Assembly (NCBI GenBank): GCA_964630685.1
Contig: CAZVVW010000009.1
Location: 1 to 39,677 of the forward strand
Origin: an uncultured Methanosarcinales archaeon
Lineage (GTDB): Archaea > Nanobdellota > Nanobdellia > Woesearchaeales > BS150m-G63
Direction: 5' to 3'
DNA length: 39,677 nucleotides
Part shown: one piece after another, positions 9,433 to 17,960 of the stretch
Numbering within the stretch: position 1 is the stretch's first letter
How the letters are laid out: each line of letters opens with the position of its first letter
Made by a program: the position numbers and the translations under genes
Notes under the pieces: model-generated
Told to the model about the DNA's origin: nothing
Database searches by the model: none
The model's input: only the letters and a program-made list of their open reading frames with translations

Positions 9433-9439
9433 ATGCAAA

Positions 9440-9835
9440 ATGGAAAAAGAACAACAAAACCAAAATCAAATGCAACTTCAAATGATTGCTCAACAAATAG
9501 GTCAGATGCAAAACCAGTTAAAAATGGTCGAAGAACAATTAAATGAGTTAATAATAATCAAACAAGGATTAAATGATTTAGAAAAATTAAAAAAAGGAGA
9601 TGAAATTCTTACTCCGTTAAGTAATGGAATATTTATAAAATCAAAATTAGAAGACAACAAAAATTTAATAGTTAATGTGGGTGGAAATACCACAGCAAAA
9701 AAAACAATACCTGAAGTAAGAAAAATGTCAGATAAACAAATGGACGAATTAAAAAAAGTGCAGACAAATTTATTGACAGAGCTCCAAGGATTAAATTTAC
9801 AAGCAAATTATTTTGAAAAAAAATTAAAGGGTTAG
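9440..9835 (+). CDS. pfdA: Prefoldin subunit alpha
   Basis: Coiled coil - EILTPLSNGIFI...IVNVGGN - coiled coil; directly upstream of ftsY as in many archaea. Confidence 0.92.
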   Translation: MEKEQQNQNQMQLQMIAQQIGQMQNQLKMVEEQLNELIIIKQGLNDLEKLKKGDEILTPLSNGIFIKSKLEDNKNLIVNVGGNTTAKKTIPEVRKMSDKQMDELKKVQTNLLTELQGLNLQANYFEKKLKG

Positions 9836-9842
9836 GTGTTTT

Positions 9843-11177
9843 ATGTTTAAATTTTTAAAAGAAAAATTAAGTAAAGCGGTTTCTGTATTTTCTAAAGGCG
9901 TAGAAGAATCTTCAGAGGAAGAAGTAGTAGAAGAAACACCCAAAGAAGAGCAAACTCTTCACAAAAAAAAAGAAACCAAGAAAAAAGAAGATAAAAAATC
10001 AGTTGAAAAGAAAAAAGAAAAAGAAATCAAAGAGAAAAAAACCAAAAAAAAAGAGGAAAAATCTAAAGAAGAACATAAAGAACCAGAACTTAAAGGAGAA
10101 CCAGAAAGTCAAACAAAAGAACCAGAAGAAAAACCTAAAGAAGAAAAACAAAGTTTTTTCAAAAAAATATTCAAGAAAAAAGAACAAGAAGAAGAAACCA
10201 AACCAAAAGAACAAGAAGAAGAATCGGAAAAACAAGAACAACAACCAGAACTTAAAGAAGAATCTAAAGAAGAATCTAAAGAAGAATCTAAAGGAGAATC
10301 TAAAGAAGAAAAACAAGGATTCTTCAAAAAGATACTCAAGATTTCTATTTCAGATGACAAATTTAATGAATTATTCTGGGAAATTGAATTAGCACTTTTA
10401 GAAAATAATGTGGCAGTTGAAGTTATTGAAAAATTCAAGCAAGATTTAAAAGGAGAATTGTTAAACAAGAAACTAAGCCCATTCAAATTATCACAAATAA
10501 TCAAAAAGAGCTTTGGGAATACCTTAGATGAATTATTTGATTTAGAAAAAATAGATCTAATCTCCAACATAAAAAAACAAAAACCATACACTATTCTTTT
10601 TGTTGGTGTAAATGGTAGTGGAAAAACAACTAATTTAGCAAAAGTCGCATATTTACTTAAAAATAAAGGGTTAAAATCAGTAATCGCAGCATGTGATACT
10701 TTTAGGGCAGCAGCACTACACCAATTAGAAGAACACTGCAATAATCTAGATATAAAATTAATTAAACATGATTATGGCTCAGATGCAGCAGCAGTTGCTT
10801 TTGACGCAATAAAACACGCAGAATCAAAAGGATTGGATGTCGTGCTTATTGATACTGCTGGACGTTCACACTCAAATGTAAATCTTATGGATGAGCTGAA
10901 AAAAGTAGAAAGGGTGTCAAAACCACACTTGACTGTTTTTGTTGGAGATTCTTTAACTGGAAATGATGTTGTTGAACAAGCAAGAGCATTCAACGAAGCA
11001 GTAGGAATAGACGCAATTATATTATCAAAAGTAGATGTAGATGAAAAGGGAGGTGCTGCAATTTCTGTAAGTCACATAACTGGAAAGCCCATCATTTATA
11101 TTGGCTCTGGCCAAGAATATAAAGACTTAAAAGAGTTTGATAAAGAATTAGTTATAAATTCCCTTGATCTCGATTAA
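9843..11177 (+). CDS. ftsY: SRP receptor FtsY with long E/K-rich N-terminal region
   Basis: GVNGSGKTT, DTFRAAA, DTAGR, SKVDVDEKGG. Confidence 0.96.
   Translation: MFKFLKEKLSKAVSVFSKGVEESSEEEVVEETPKEEQTLHKKKETKKKEDKKSVEKKKEKEIKEKKTKKKEEKSKEEHKEPELKGEPESQTKEPEEKPKEEKQSFFKKIFKKKEQEEETKPKEQEEESEKQEQQPELKEESKEESKEESKGESKEEKQGFFKKILKISISDDKFNELFWEIELALLENNVAVEVIEKFKQDLKGELLNKKLSPFKLSQIIKKSFGNTLDELFDLEKIDLISNIKKQKPYTILFVGVNGSGKTTNLAKVAYLLKNKGLKSVIAACDTFRAAALHQLEEHCNNLDIKLIKHDYGSDAAAVAFDAIKHAESKGLDVVLIDTAGRSHSNVNLMDELKKVERVSKPHLTVFVGDSLTGNDVVEQARAFNEAVGIDAIILSKVDVDEKGGAAISVSHITGKPIIYIGSGQEYKDLKEFDKELVINSLDLD
10253..10310 (+). repeat. 12-bp in-frame tandem repeat (TAAAGAAGAATC, about 4.8 copies) encoding KEES units
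   Basis: Visible directly; one unit carries an A>G change (KGES). Confidence 0.9.
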
Positions 11178-11195
11178 ATTATTGGAGGTATCAAC

Positions 11196-11540
11196 ATGTT
11201 TGGATTTGGAAAACCTTGGTTAAAAAGAAAGTTTAAGGACAATACTGTTTTTGAAATGAAAATAGATTACATAATAAAACATCTTGACAAACCAGATAAA
11301 AAGAAAGTAGAAGGAAAAGTTTCTTTTTTTCACCAAGAAGATTGGCAAAACAAAAAAGAGCAAAAAATCCATAAAGCATTAGATTCTGGAAAAAAACACT
11401 CAAAGTTTGACCCGATTAGATTAGCACTTCACACAAAAAAAGAACAATTTAGAGTGGGTGATGGAATCTCAAGATTAAGAGCATTCAAAAAAAAAGAGAT
11501 AGAGAAAATAAAAGTAGAACTATGTATAGGTGAATGGTGA
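11196..11540 (+). CDS. Small ParB/sulfiredoxin N-terminal-like domain protein
   Basis: GGAGGT SD; DPIRL...FRVGDGISRLRAF...KIKV fits the P-I-x(n)-DGxxR-x-A pattern. Confidence 0.55.
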   Translation: MFGFGKPWLKRKFKDNTVFEMKIDYIIKHLDKPDKKKVEGKVSFFHQEDWQNKKEQKIHKALDSGKKHSKFDPIRLALHTKKEQFRVGDGISRLRAFKKKEIEKIKVELCIGEW

Positions 11541-11545
11541 TATTG

Positions 11546-12220
11546 TTATTGCCCACCATCTTCAGAGTAACTAATTTTTTGGTTGTAATAAATCCCTTTT
11601 CTTAATTTAACAGGTCTCCAATTATCAATCACTAATTCAGCATCCATCCAATCAGCCAGCTCTTGGGGGTTTCCTATTGTAGCACTTAATCCAATAAACT
11701 GTGCATCCAACATCTGTTTAAGTATTGTAAGCAGAATCTCTAAAGTTGGACCTCTGCCAGGATCGTTAAGTAAGTGAATCTCATCAATTACCACAACGTT
11801 TATATCTTCTATCCAGTTAGATTTATGCCTTATCAAAGAGTCTAGTTTCTCAGAAGTTGTTATAATCAAATTATGTTTATATAACCCCTTATCTGAAGAA
11901 TCTAAATCCCCAATAGACAGTGCAACTTTAATTAGTCCATCATATTTTTTCTTAAAATCTTTATATTTTTCAGATGCAAGTGCTTTTAATGGAACAATAT
12001 AAACAGCTTTCCCTCCTTTCTCCATCAATTGTTTTAACATAGCCATTTCAGCAATAAGTGTTTTTCCAGAAGCAGTTGGAGTGCACACAAGCAGGTTTTC
12101 CCCTTTAAATAAACTTTTCTTAATCGCTTTTTCTTGAGAAGGACGCAATTTACCTATATCTTTACTCAAGATTTCATAAACTTCTTTAGGTAACTCTTTT
12201 TTTATGTCTTTTAGATTCAT
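11546..12220 (-). CDS. Hel308/Ski2-like SF2 helicase, N-terminal RecA domain only
   Basis: LRPSQ, PTASGKT, VPLKALA, DEIH, LSAT, WRPV, then stop at 224 aa; motifs IV-VI are absent. Confidence 0.88.
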   Translation of the reverse strand: MNLKDIKKELPKEVYEILSKDIGKLRPSQEKAIKKSLFKGENLLVCTPTASGKTLIAEMAMLKQLMEKGGKAVYIVPLKALASEKYKDFKKKYDGLIKVALSIGDLDSSDKGLYKHNLIITTSEKLDSLIRHKSNWIEDINVVVIDEIHLLNDPGRGPTLEILLTILKQMLDAQFIGLSATIGNPQELADWMDAELVIDNWRPVKLRKGIYYNQKISYSEDGGQ

Positions 12221-12292
12221 AAACTCCTAATAATTTCAAAACTTTAAAATCTTTCCTAAAAATTTATATATCTAAAAGATAATCAAACAACC

Positions 12293-12880
12293 ATGGCAAA
12301 AAAAGAGGTTTATCACATCTATCTATTTAGGCATGGCCAAACTTATTATAACAGAAACCATTATTTTACAGGTTGGAAGGATTCTAAAATAACATCTCAA
12401 GGAATTAAAGATGCTAAAAAAGTCGCCAAAAAATTAAAAAACAAAAAAATAGATATTGCGTATCATTCACATCTTTCTCGTTCAAAAGACACACTCAAAC
12501 AAGTTTTAAAATTTCATCCAGAATGTAAAAAGAAGATTTGTGATGACAGAATCATTGAGAGGTGTTATGGAAAATTGCAAGGATTTGGTCATAGTTCAAT
12601 AATAAAAAAATATGGCCAAAAACAATTTGATATCTGGCATCGTTCTTATGATATTTCTCCACCTAAGGGAGAGAGTGTTAAGATGGTTGAAAAAAGAGTT
12701 AACGCGTTCATAAAAGAACTGATAAAAAAAATAAAAAAAGAAAAAATAAATGTAGCTATTTCTGCACATGGAAATTCTATGCGCCCTTTTAGAAAATATT
12801 TTGAAAAACTCAACATTAAACAAATGATGAAATTAGAAAATCCCTGGGACGATTACTTTGAGTATAAGATAAAAATTTAA
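12293..12880 (+). CDS. gpmA: Cofactor-dependent phosphoglycerate mutase / histidine phosphatase
   Basis: RHGQT..N...FTGW.D, ERCYG.LQG, PPKGES, AHGNSMR. Confidence 0.85.
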   Translation: MAKKEVYHIYLFRHGQTYYNRNHYFTGWKDSKITSQGIKDAKKVAKKLKNKKIDIAYHSHLSRSKDTLKQVLKFHPECKKKICDDRIIERCYGKLQGFGHSSIIKKYGQKQFDIWHRSYDISPPKGESVKMVEKRVNAFIKELIKKIKKEKINVAISAHGNSMRPFRKYFEKLNIKQMMKLENPWDDYFEYKIKI

Positions 12881-13209
12881 TCATCAAATTGAGCTCTACT
12901 TAAATAAGCTTTTGACAGATATTCTTCTTTTTTTACAGGCTTGCCATAACTAGAATCATAAATTAATCCTTCATTTTCAACCACAAAATGATGACTCCAA
13001 CTATGGACATCAACTTTTGTTGGTAGCAACATTCCACCTTCAACAGGAATCACTTTTCTTAATTTTGCTTCAAGGCCCTCATCTTTCATAACCACAAAAA
13101 GAGAATTAGCCCGAGTATAACATCCATGACTATTATGAACTTCTGTATCATATTTTTTTGCTTCTTTAACCATTAGTTCAAAATAATTTTCAAATCCCAT
13201 AAGAACCAC
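12877..13209 (-). CDS. Putative papain/transglutaminase-fold Cys-His-Asp enzyme resembling protein-glutaminase (start may be ATG 13200)
   Basis: GCYTRAN...WSHHFVV...IYDSS motifs in catalytic-triad order. Confidence 0.6.
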   Translation of the reverse strand: MVLMGFENYFELMVKEAKKYDTEVHNSHGCYTRANSLFVVMKDEGLEAKLRKVIPVEGGMLLPTKVDVHSWSHHFVVENEGLIYDSSYGKPVKKEEYLSKAYLSRAQFDD

Positions 13210-13302
13210 TTTTTACTAGCAATATAAAAAAGTTTCTATAAAAAAATAGAAAAAGAAGGAGAACGAATCCCCTTAATTTTTCAAAAAAAAACAAAAAATG
13301 AC

Positions 13303-13656
13303 TTAAGCTTTTGCTAAGTCATATACATCTTTAAGAGCTACTACCACAACAGCAGGAATAACAAATACCATTACAGCATCGAAAATTCCTCCTAAATATG
13401 GACCAATAAATGCAACACTTGTTAAGGTTGATGATGCTCCTCCCATGTAACTTGCAATAACCAATACGATTGCCGCAAATATAAACTTCTCAGCTTGCTT
13501 TCCTGCAATATTCAAGAATCCTACAATTAATCCAAATAAGATTAAAAGAGAAACAAGCCAAGCTTGGAGGCCACCTAATGATGCGCCTATAAGTCCTAAA
13601 ATTACTGCTAGTATTACTCCCAAAATGAATGCCCACTTTCCTAATATGTCTTTCAT
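13303..13656 (-). CDS. Small multi-pass membrane protein of unknown function
   Basis: About 4 hydrophobic helices; GAGGTG SD; upstream TATA (GAAACCTTTATATAG on the minus strand). Confidence 0.8.
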   Translation of the reverse strand: MKDILGKWAFILGVILAVILGLIGASLGGLQAWLVSLLILFGLIVGFLNIAGKQAEKFIFAAIVLVIASYMGGASSTLTSVAFIGPYLGGIFDAVMVFVIPAVVVVALKDVYDLAKA

Positions 13657-13783
13657 CTTGTGTAATCACCTCTCACTATTATGTAAGACTTAAATTTTAT
13701 TAATGAGTGAATTCTATATAAAGGTTTCTAAAATTTATAATAATCTAAAAGTAGTAAAAACAATAAAGAAATAAAAAATAATT

Positions 13784-15223
13784 TTAAATATTTAATGTAG
13801 AACCATTGGAATGTGAAATAATTATTTTTCCTTTAGAACTCTTAAATTTAATCACAGCAGGACTTAATTTCAATGACCCCAAAATACTCAATTTAGATTT
13901 GATTTTGTAGGTTATCATCCTTTCTTCAAACCCTTCAAGGATATCAATATTCCATTTTAATAAAGTTCCTTTAATATCATGAGTCATTACTTTAGTAGGT
14001 TTTAAAGTTCCTAAATAATCTTCTTTAACTAAATTAGCAATATTAGGTATTTTTTCTATAACCCTTATATTTTCATTTTTGCTTTTGGTTCTGTTTTTGA
14101 TATTGAGGGTTACTTTGATTTTTGAAATTCCCCCTTCTTCAATTTCTAACACTTCAGCTTTTTTCTTTATAATCACAGGGCTTCTTGTCAAGAAATATAA
14201 AATCACAACAATAATCAAAATTATACTTAATGCAAATAGAGATCTAAAATTTTCAGTGTAATTAATTTCTATTTTTTGAGATGGCTCAAGTACTAATTCC
14301 CACACAAGATATTTTTTTCCATCTTCTGTAAGTAGTTTAGTTTTAGGTTCTGTACTGGTAAATAAACTCTTAAACCAGTCAGTAGGTATTTTGTATAATT
14401 TAGAACCTTGAGTATTTCCATCATTTAAGATAACAACTTTTGTTTTTGTTTTCAAAAACTCTTTTTGAGTTATTATAGTACTAACAAAAGCAGAATAACC
14501 AATAATTTCAATATTCTCCCTATCAGGTGTAAAAATAGTATCACCTGTTGAAACAGTTGCAATTAACACATCTTCCATGGGATCTGTTACAGGACTCAAA
14601 GTTATAACAAAAGTTTCAGTTCTTTCTTCCAAAGGACTTAAAGAAACTATTCTTTTTTTGTGAATTAATCCACTATTAGTAGTTAGGTCGATCGTAACTT
14701 CCTCTAAATCTAAAATATTAACATTTTTTAAATTTACTTTTACAGTAAATTTACCTCTAGGATCTATTTTGATTGGATCAACAAGCATAGTTGTAATTAC
14801 AAAAGGTAAATAATCCTGCATTTCTAGTCCAGTAGATCCGATATAAACAGTAACATCTTCACTATCTATATCACCAGTTGATTGTATAGTTGCAATCACA
14901 GGCAATTTTTTTGGACCTGCAGAAATTCGATTTGGTGGTGTAAGATAAAGTATAGTTGAATCAGAAGATTGAGCTGGAACCATCATTCCACTAAAATAAT
15001 CTGATAAAGGGCTAGACATCAAATCCCATAGCACATCAGTGCTAAATTTGAATACTTGTTCTGTATCCATATGGTTTTCTATAGTAACATTAAAACTAGC
15101 ACTTTCATTTTTAAAAATCCTATCATCAATAGGGTCAACAGAAACATGAAAATCTCCTGCCAAAACAATTGGAACTAAGAAAAGTATTATTGCAATGAGT
15201 AATGTTTTATGTTTCATCTCCAA
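13784..15223 (-). CDS. Secreted, membrane-anchored beta-sandwich (Ig-like) repeat protein
   Basis: Signal peptide ending in VLA; several V/T-rich beta domains; internal TM (LFALSIILIIVVILYFL); a further basic beta domain after the TM. Confidence 0.7.
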   Translation of the reverse strand: MEMKHKTLLIAIILFLVPIVLAGDFHVSVDPIDDRIFKNESASFNVTIENHMDTEQVFKFSTDVLWDLMSSPLSDYFSGMMVPAQSSDSTILYLTPPNRISAGPKKLPVIATIQSTGDIDSEDVTVYIGSTGLEMQDYLPFVITTMLVDPIKIDPRGKFTVKVNLKNVNILDLEEVTIDLTTNSGLIHKKRIVSLSPLEERTETFVITLSPVTDPMEDVLIATVSTGDTIFTPDRENIEIIGYSAFVSTIITQKEFLKTKTKVVILNDGNTQGSKLYKIPTDWFKSLFTSTEPKTKLLTEDGKKYLVWELVLEPSQKIEINYTENFRSLFALSIILIIVVILYFLTRSPVIIKKKAEVLEIEEGGISKIKVTLNIKNRTKSKNENIRVIEKIPNIANLVKEDYLGTLKPTKVMTHDIKGTLLKWNIDILEGFEERMITYKIKSKLSILGSLKLSPAVIKFKSSKGKIIISHSNGSTLNI

Positions 15224-15295
15224 CCACCTTTTATATTACTTTTTACTTATACTCAATAATATATAAACTTTCCTTTTTTATAGAGTGATATAAAG

Positions 15296-15416
15296 TGGGG
15301 CTGCCGTGATTTGAACACGGGTTACTAGCTGTCCATGTCATAGTAAGGAAATATAAGGTATCTCCCTCTCCATGAACCCCGAGCTAGTGTCATAGACCAG
15401 GCTAAACCACAGCCCC
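15296..15416 (-). tRNA. tRNA-Pro with a 46-nt intron (15331-15376); anticodon GGG in the best register, CGG in an alternative
   Basis: Acceptor stem GGGGCTG/CAGCCCC-A, D loop AGCCTGGTCTA, anticodon stem CTAGC/GCTAG, T arm CCGTG-TTCAAAT-CACGG; the intron forms a hairpin; CCA is not encoded. Confidence 0.88.
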
Positions 15417-17861
15417 TTAAACAATTGTACTTAGGTGTTCATTTTTACTCACTCTTAAAACTTTCTCAACAAAACTCTCTATTTTGCTTTCATGACTCAC
15501 GATTATGGTTTGTTTTATTTCTAATTGTTCAAGTACATCACGCATCTTATCCAATTGTTCTGTTGAAAACCCATCTGTTGGTTCATCTAAAATTATTATA
15601 TCTTTTGTTTTTATGGTTTCAACAACATCATTTATCACTTTATTCAATGCCAGCCGATAAGCCAAAGCTAAAGCAGTTTTCTCCCCACCAGATAGATTAT
15701 TAATATCAGTTTCATATCCGTTTTGTTCAATAACTGGTCTGAATTCGTCATCTAACTGAGCATTCAGCTCTTCATCTTCAAGAAGAATATCAAACCATTT
15801 TGTAAATAACCCATTGAATTCTGTATACACTTTAAGCATAACTTGTTTCTCCATTTTTACCATTAAATCCATAAAATTATCATCAAGCCAACTATTTAAC
15901 TCTTTTAATTTTTTAATGCCTTCTTTAGTTTTTAATTTCTCACCTATTTCTTTTTTTAAGTCATCTTTCAATCTCTCAATACCTTCAACCTCTTTGTCCA
16001 ATACAGCCGATTTAACCTCTAATTCTTTTTCTTCTTTCACTAATTCAGCAAGTATAAATCTTTCTTTATCATAAGTTTCTTTTACACTTTCAAGGCCATG
16101 AATTTTCTTTCTTAATTCAATCTTTTTAACATTGATTTTACCCACATCTTTCTTTATACTATCTTGTAATTTGATTAAGGTTTCAGCTCTTTTCTTTTTA
16201 TCTTCAAGAATTCTTTTTAGATTATTTTTCTCACGAACTCCACCCAACAATTGCTTCAATTCATTAACTTCTTTAACTCTTTCTTCAAGATTTATCTGGC
16301 TCAATTCATTAATTCTTCCTTCAAATTCAATTCTATCTTTCACAGCCAAAGCAACCCTTTTTTGTTTTTCAATCAAACTTTCACCAATTTCTTTGAGTGA
16401 TTTAATTTCTACACCAAGTTCAAAATATCTTTTTTCTTTTTCAAGCACATTTTCTAATTTTTTCTTTAACCTATCATATCTTTCAGAAAACTCATTTTTA
16501 TTAGCATTCAAAACCTTTATAGCATCCATGCCTGTAGAGATATTTTTATCTTCTAATTGTTTTATGTGTTCTTTGTGTTCAGAAGAAACAGATTGTTTAC
16601 AAAGGGGGCAATTACTTAAGCTAATCACTTTTTCTTTTAACTCTTTTGAATTTCCAATGTTGATTTCTGCTTTACTTAATCTTGTATTTATATTTTCAAT
16701 TTCTTTTTCAATCAACAATATTTTTTTATTTAATTCTCCTTTTACAGCTATTTCGCATTTAAGTTCTTTTAATTTTTCTTCTTTGGCAACCAAATCTTTT
16801 GTTAATTCAGATTTATTTTTTATTTCTAAATTTAATTCATCCGCCATTTTTATAACCACTTTTAATTTTTCGTTCAAAACAGCTTTTTCTTCTCTAATTC
16901 TATTTACTTCAGAAATTCTTTTTTCAATATCTTTAGAAATCGTATTTTCTTCAACATCTTTTATTTGTAATTTATTTATTTTTTCAATCAACTGTTCAAC
17001 TTCTTTTTCAACAACAATTAATTCCTTTTTATTTCCAGAATCTTGAGTTATTTTTTCAATCAATTTAGTGTTCTCAACTTCAAAAGAGCTACTCAATTCA
17101 TTAAACTTTTTGACATCTCCTTCAATCCTTTCAACCTTCTTTTTTCCTTCAACAACTCTCTTTTTACTTGTTTCCAGTAATGGTTTAACTTCTTTAATTT
17201 TGGATTTTAATTCCACCAGTTCATTAGTTCTTCTTCTTTCACGATTTATTTTTTCATCTAAATCAAATATTTGAGCATTCAACTCCCGTACCCTCTGTTT
17301 AATTTTTCTATTAAGGATAATTGTGTTCTCTCTAATCCGTTTATATTTGTCTATCTGGAAAACTTTTCTGAGCGTATCCAATCTTTGTTCAGCATCTTCT
17401 AATAAGATCCTTTTCATCTCATCCTGGGGAGTATAAACAGTATAACGATATATCAGAGACTTGCTTTTTGATAAAAGTTCCTTTGGATATTGTAGAATAT
17501 CAAGAATCCATGCTTTTAGTTCAACAGCAGTGCCGTGTTTTTTTTCGCCATCAATCACAATATACCCAGAATCTTGTTGAACACCTCCCTTTCCTCTTTT
17601 CAGCACTCTTTTTATTGTAACTCTTTTTTTACCTACTTTTATATCTAATTCAACAGAACCTTCTTTAGTTCCATGTCTCAATAGAGAAGAACCACTCACA
17701 GAACCTCTCATCAAACCAAATAAAGCAAATTCAATTGCCAGAAGGATTGTAGATTTTCCACTACCAACATCTCCCCAGAGCAGTACAGAACCACTAGGAA
17801 AAGAAATCTTCTGCTCTTTATAGCTACGAATATTCTTTAATTCCACCCACCTAATAATCAT
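15417..17861 (-). CDS. rad50: Rad50/SbcC-type SMC-family ATPase
   Basis: NIRSY, GDVGSGKST Walker A, long coiled coil with central CPLC zinc hook, LSGGE signature, ILDEPT, VSH. Confidence 0.9.
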   Translation of the reverse strand: MIIRWVELKNIRSYKEQKISFPSGSVLLWGDVGSGKSTILLAIEFALFGLMRGSVSGSSLLRHGTKEGSVELDIKVGKKRVTIKRVLKRGKGGVQQDSGYIVIDGEKKHGTAVELKAWILDILQYPKELLSKSKSLIYRYTVYTPQDEMKRILLEDAEQRLDTLRKVFQIDKYKRIRENTIILNRKIKQRVRELNAQIFDLDEKINRERRRTNELVELKSKIKEVKPLLETSKKRVVEGKKKVERIEGDVKKFNELSSSFEVENTKLIEKITQDSGNKKELIVVEKEVEQLIEKINKLQIKDVEENTISKDIEKRISEVNRIREEKAVLNEKLKVVIKMADELNLEIKNKSELTKDLVAKEEKLKELKCEIAVKGELNKKILLIEKEIENINTRLSKAEINIGNSKELKEKVISLSNCPLCKQSVSSEHKEHIKQLEDKNISTGMDAIKVLNANKNEFSERYDRLKKKLENVLEKEKRYFELGVEIKSLKEIGESLIEKQKRVALAVKDRIEFEGRINELSQINLEERVKEVNELKQLLGGVREKNNLKRILEDKKKRAETLIKLQDSIKKDVGKINVKKIELRKKIHGLESVKETYDKERFILAELVKEEKELEVKSAVLDKEVEGIERLKDDLKKEIGEKLKTKEGIKKLKELNSWLDDNFMDLMVKMEKQVMLKVYTEFNGLFTKWFDILLEDEELNAQLDDEFRPVIEQNGYETDINNLSGGEKTALALAYRLALNKVINDVVETIKTKDIIILDEPTDGFSTEQLDKMRDVLEQLEIKQTIIVSHESKIESFVEKVLRVSKNEHLSTIV

Positions 17862-17960
17862 ATTAAAATAAATAGTATTAAGATTTAAAAGGTTTTATGT
17901 GCTTTAAAATATAATCTAGAATTATTTAAATCCTTTTATTCTATTTGATTCTATTTTATT

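Noticed and set aside
15240..15420. Integrated element at tRNA-Pro
   Set aside because: No integrase and no duplicated tRNA 3' end seen in the window.
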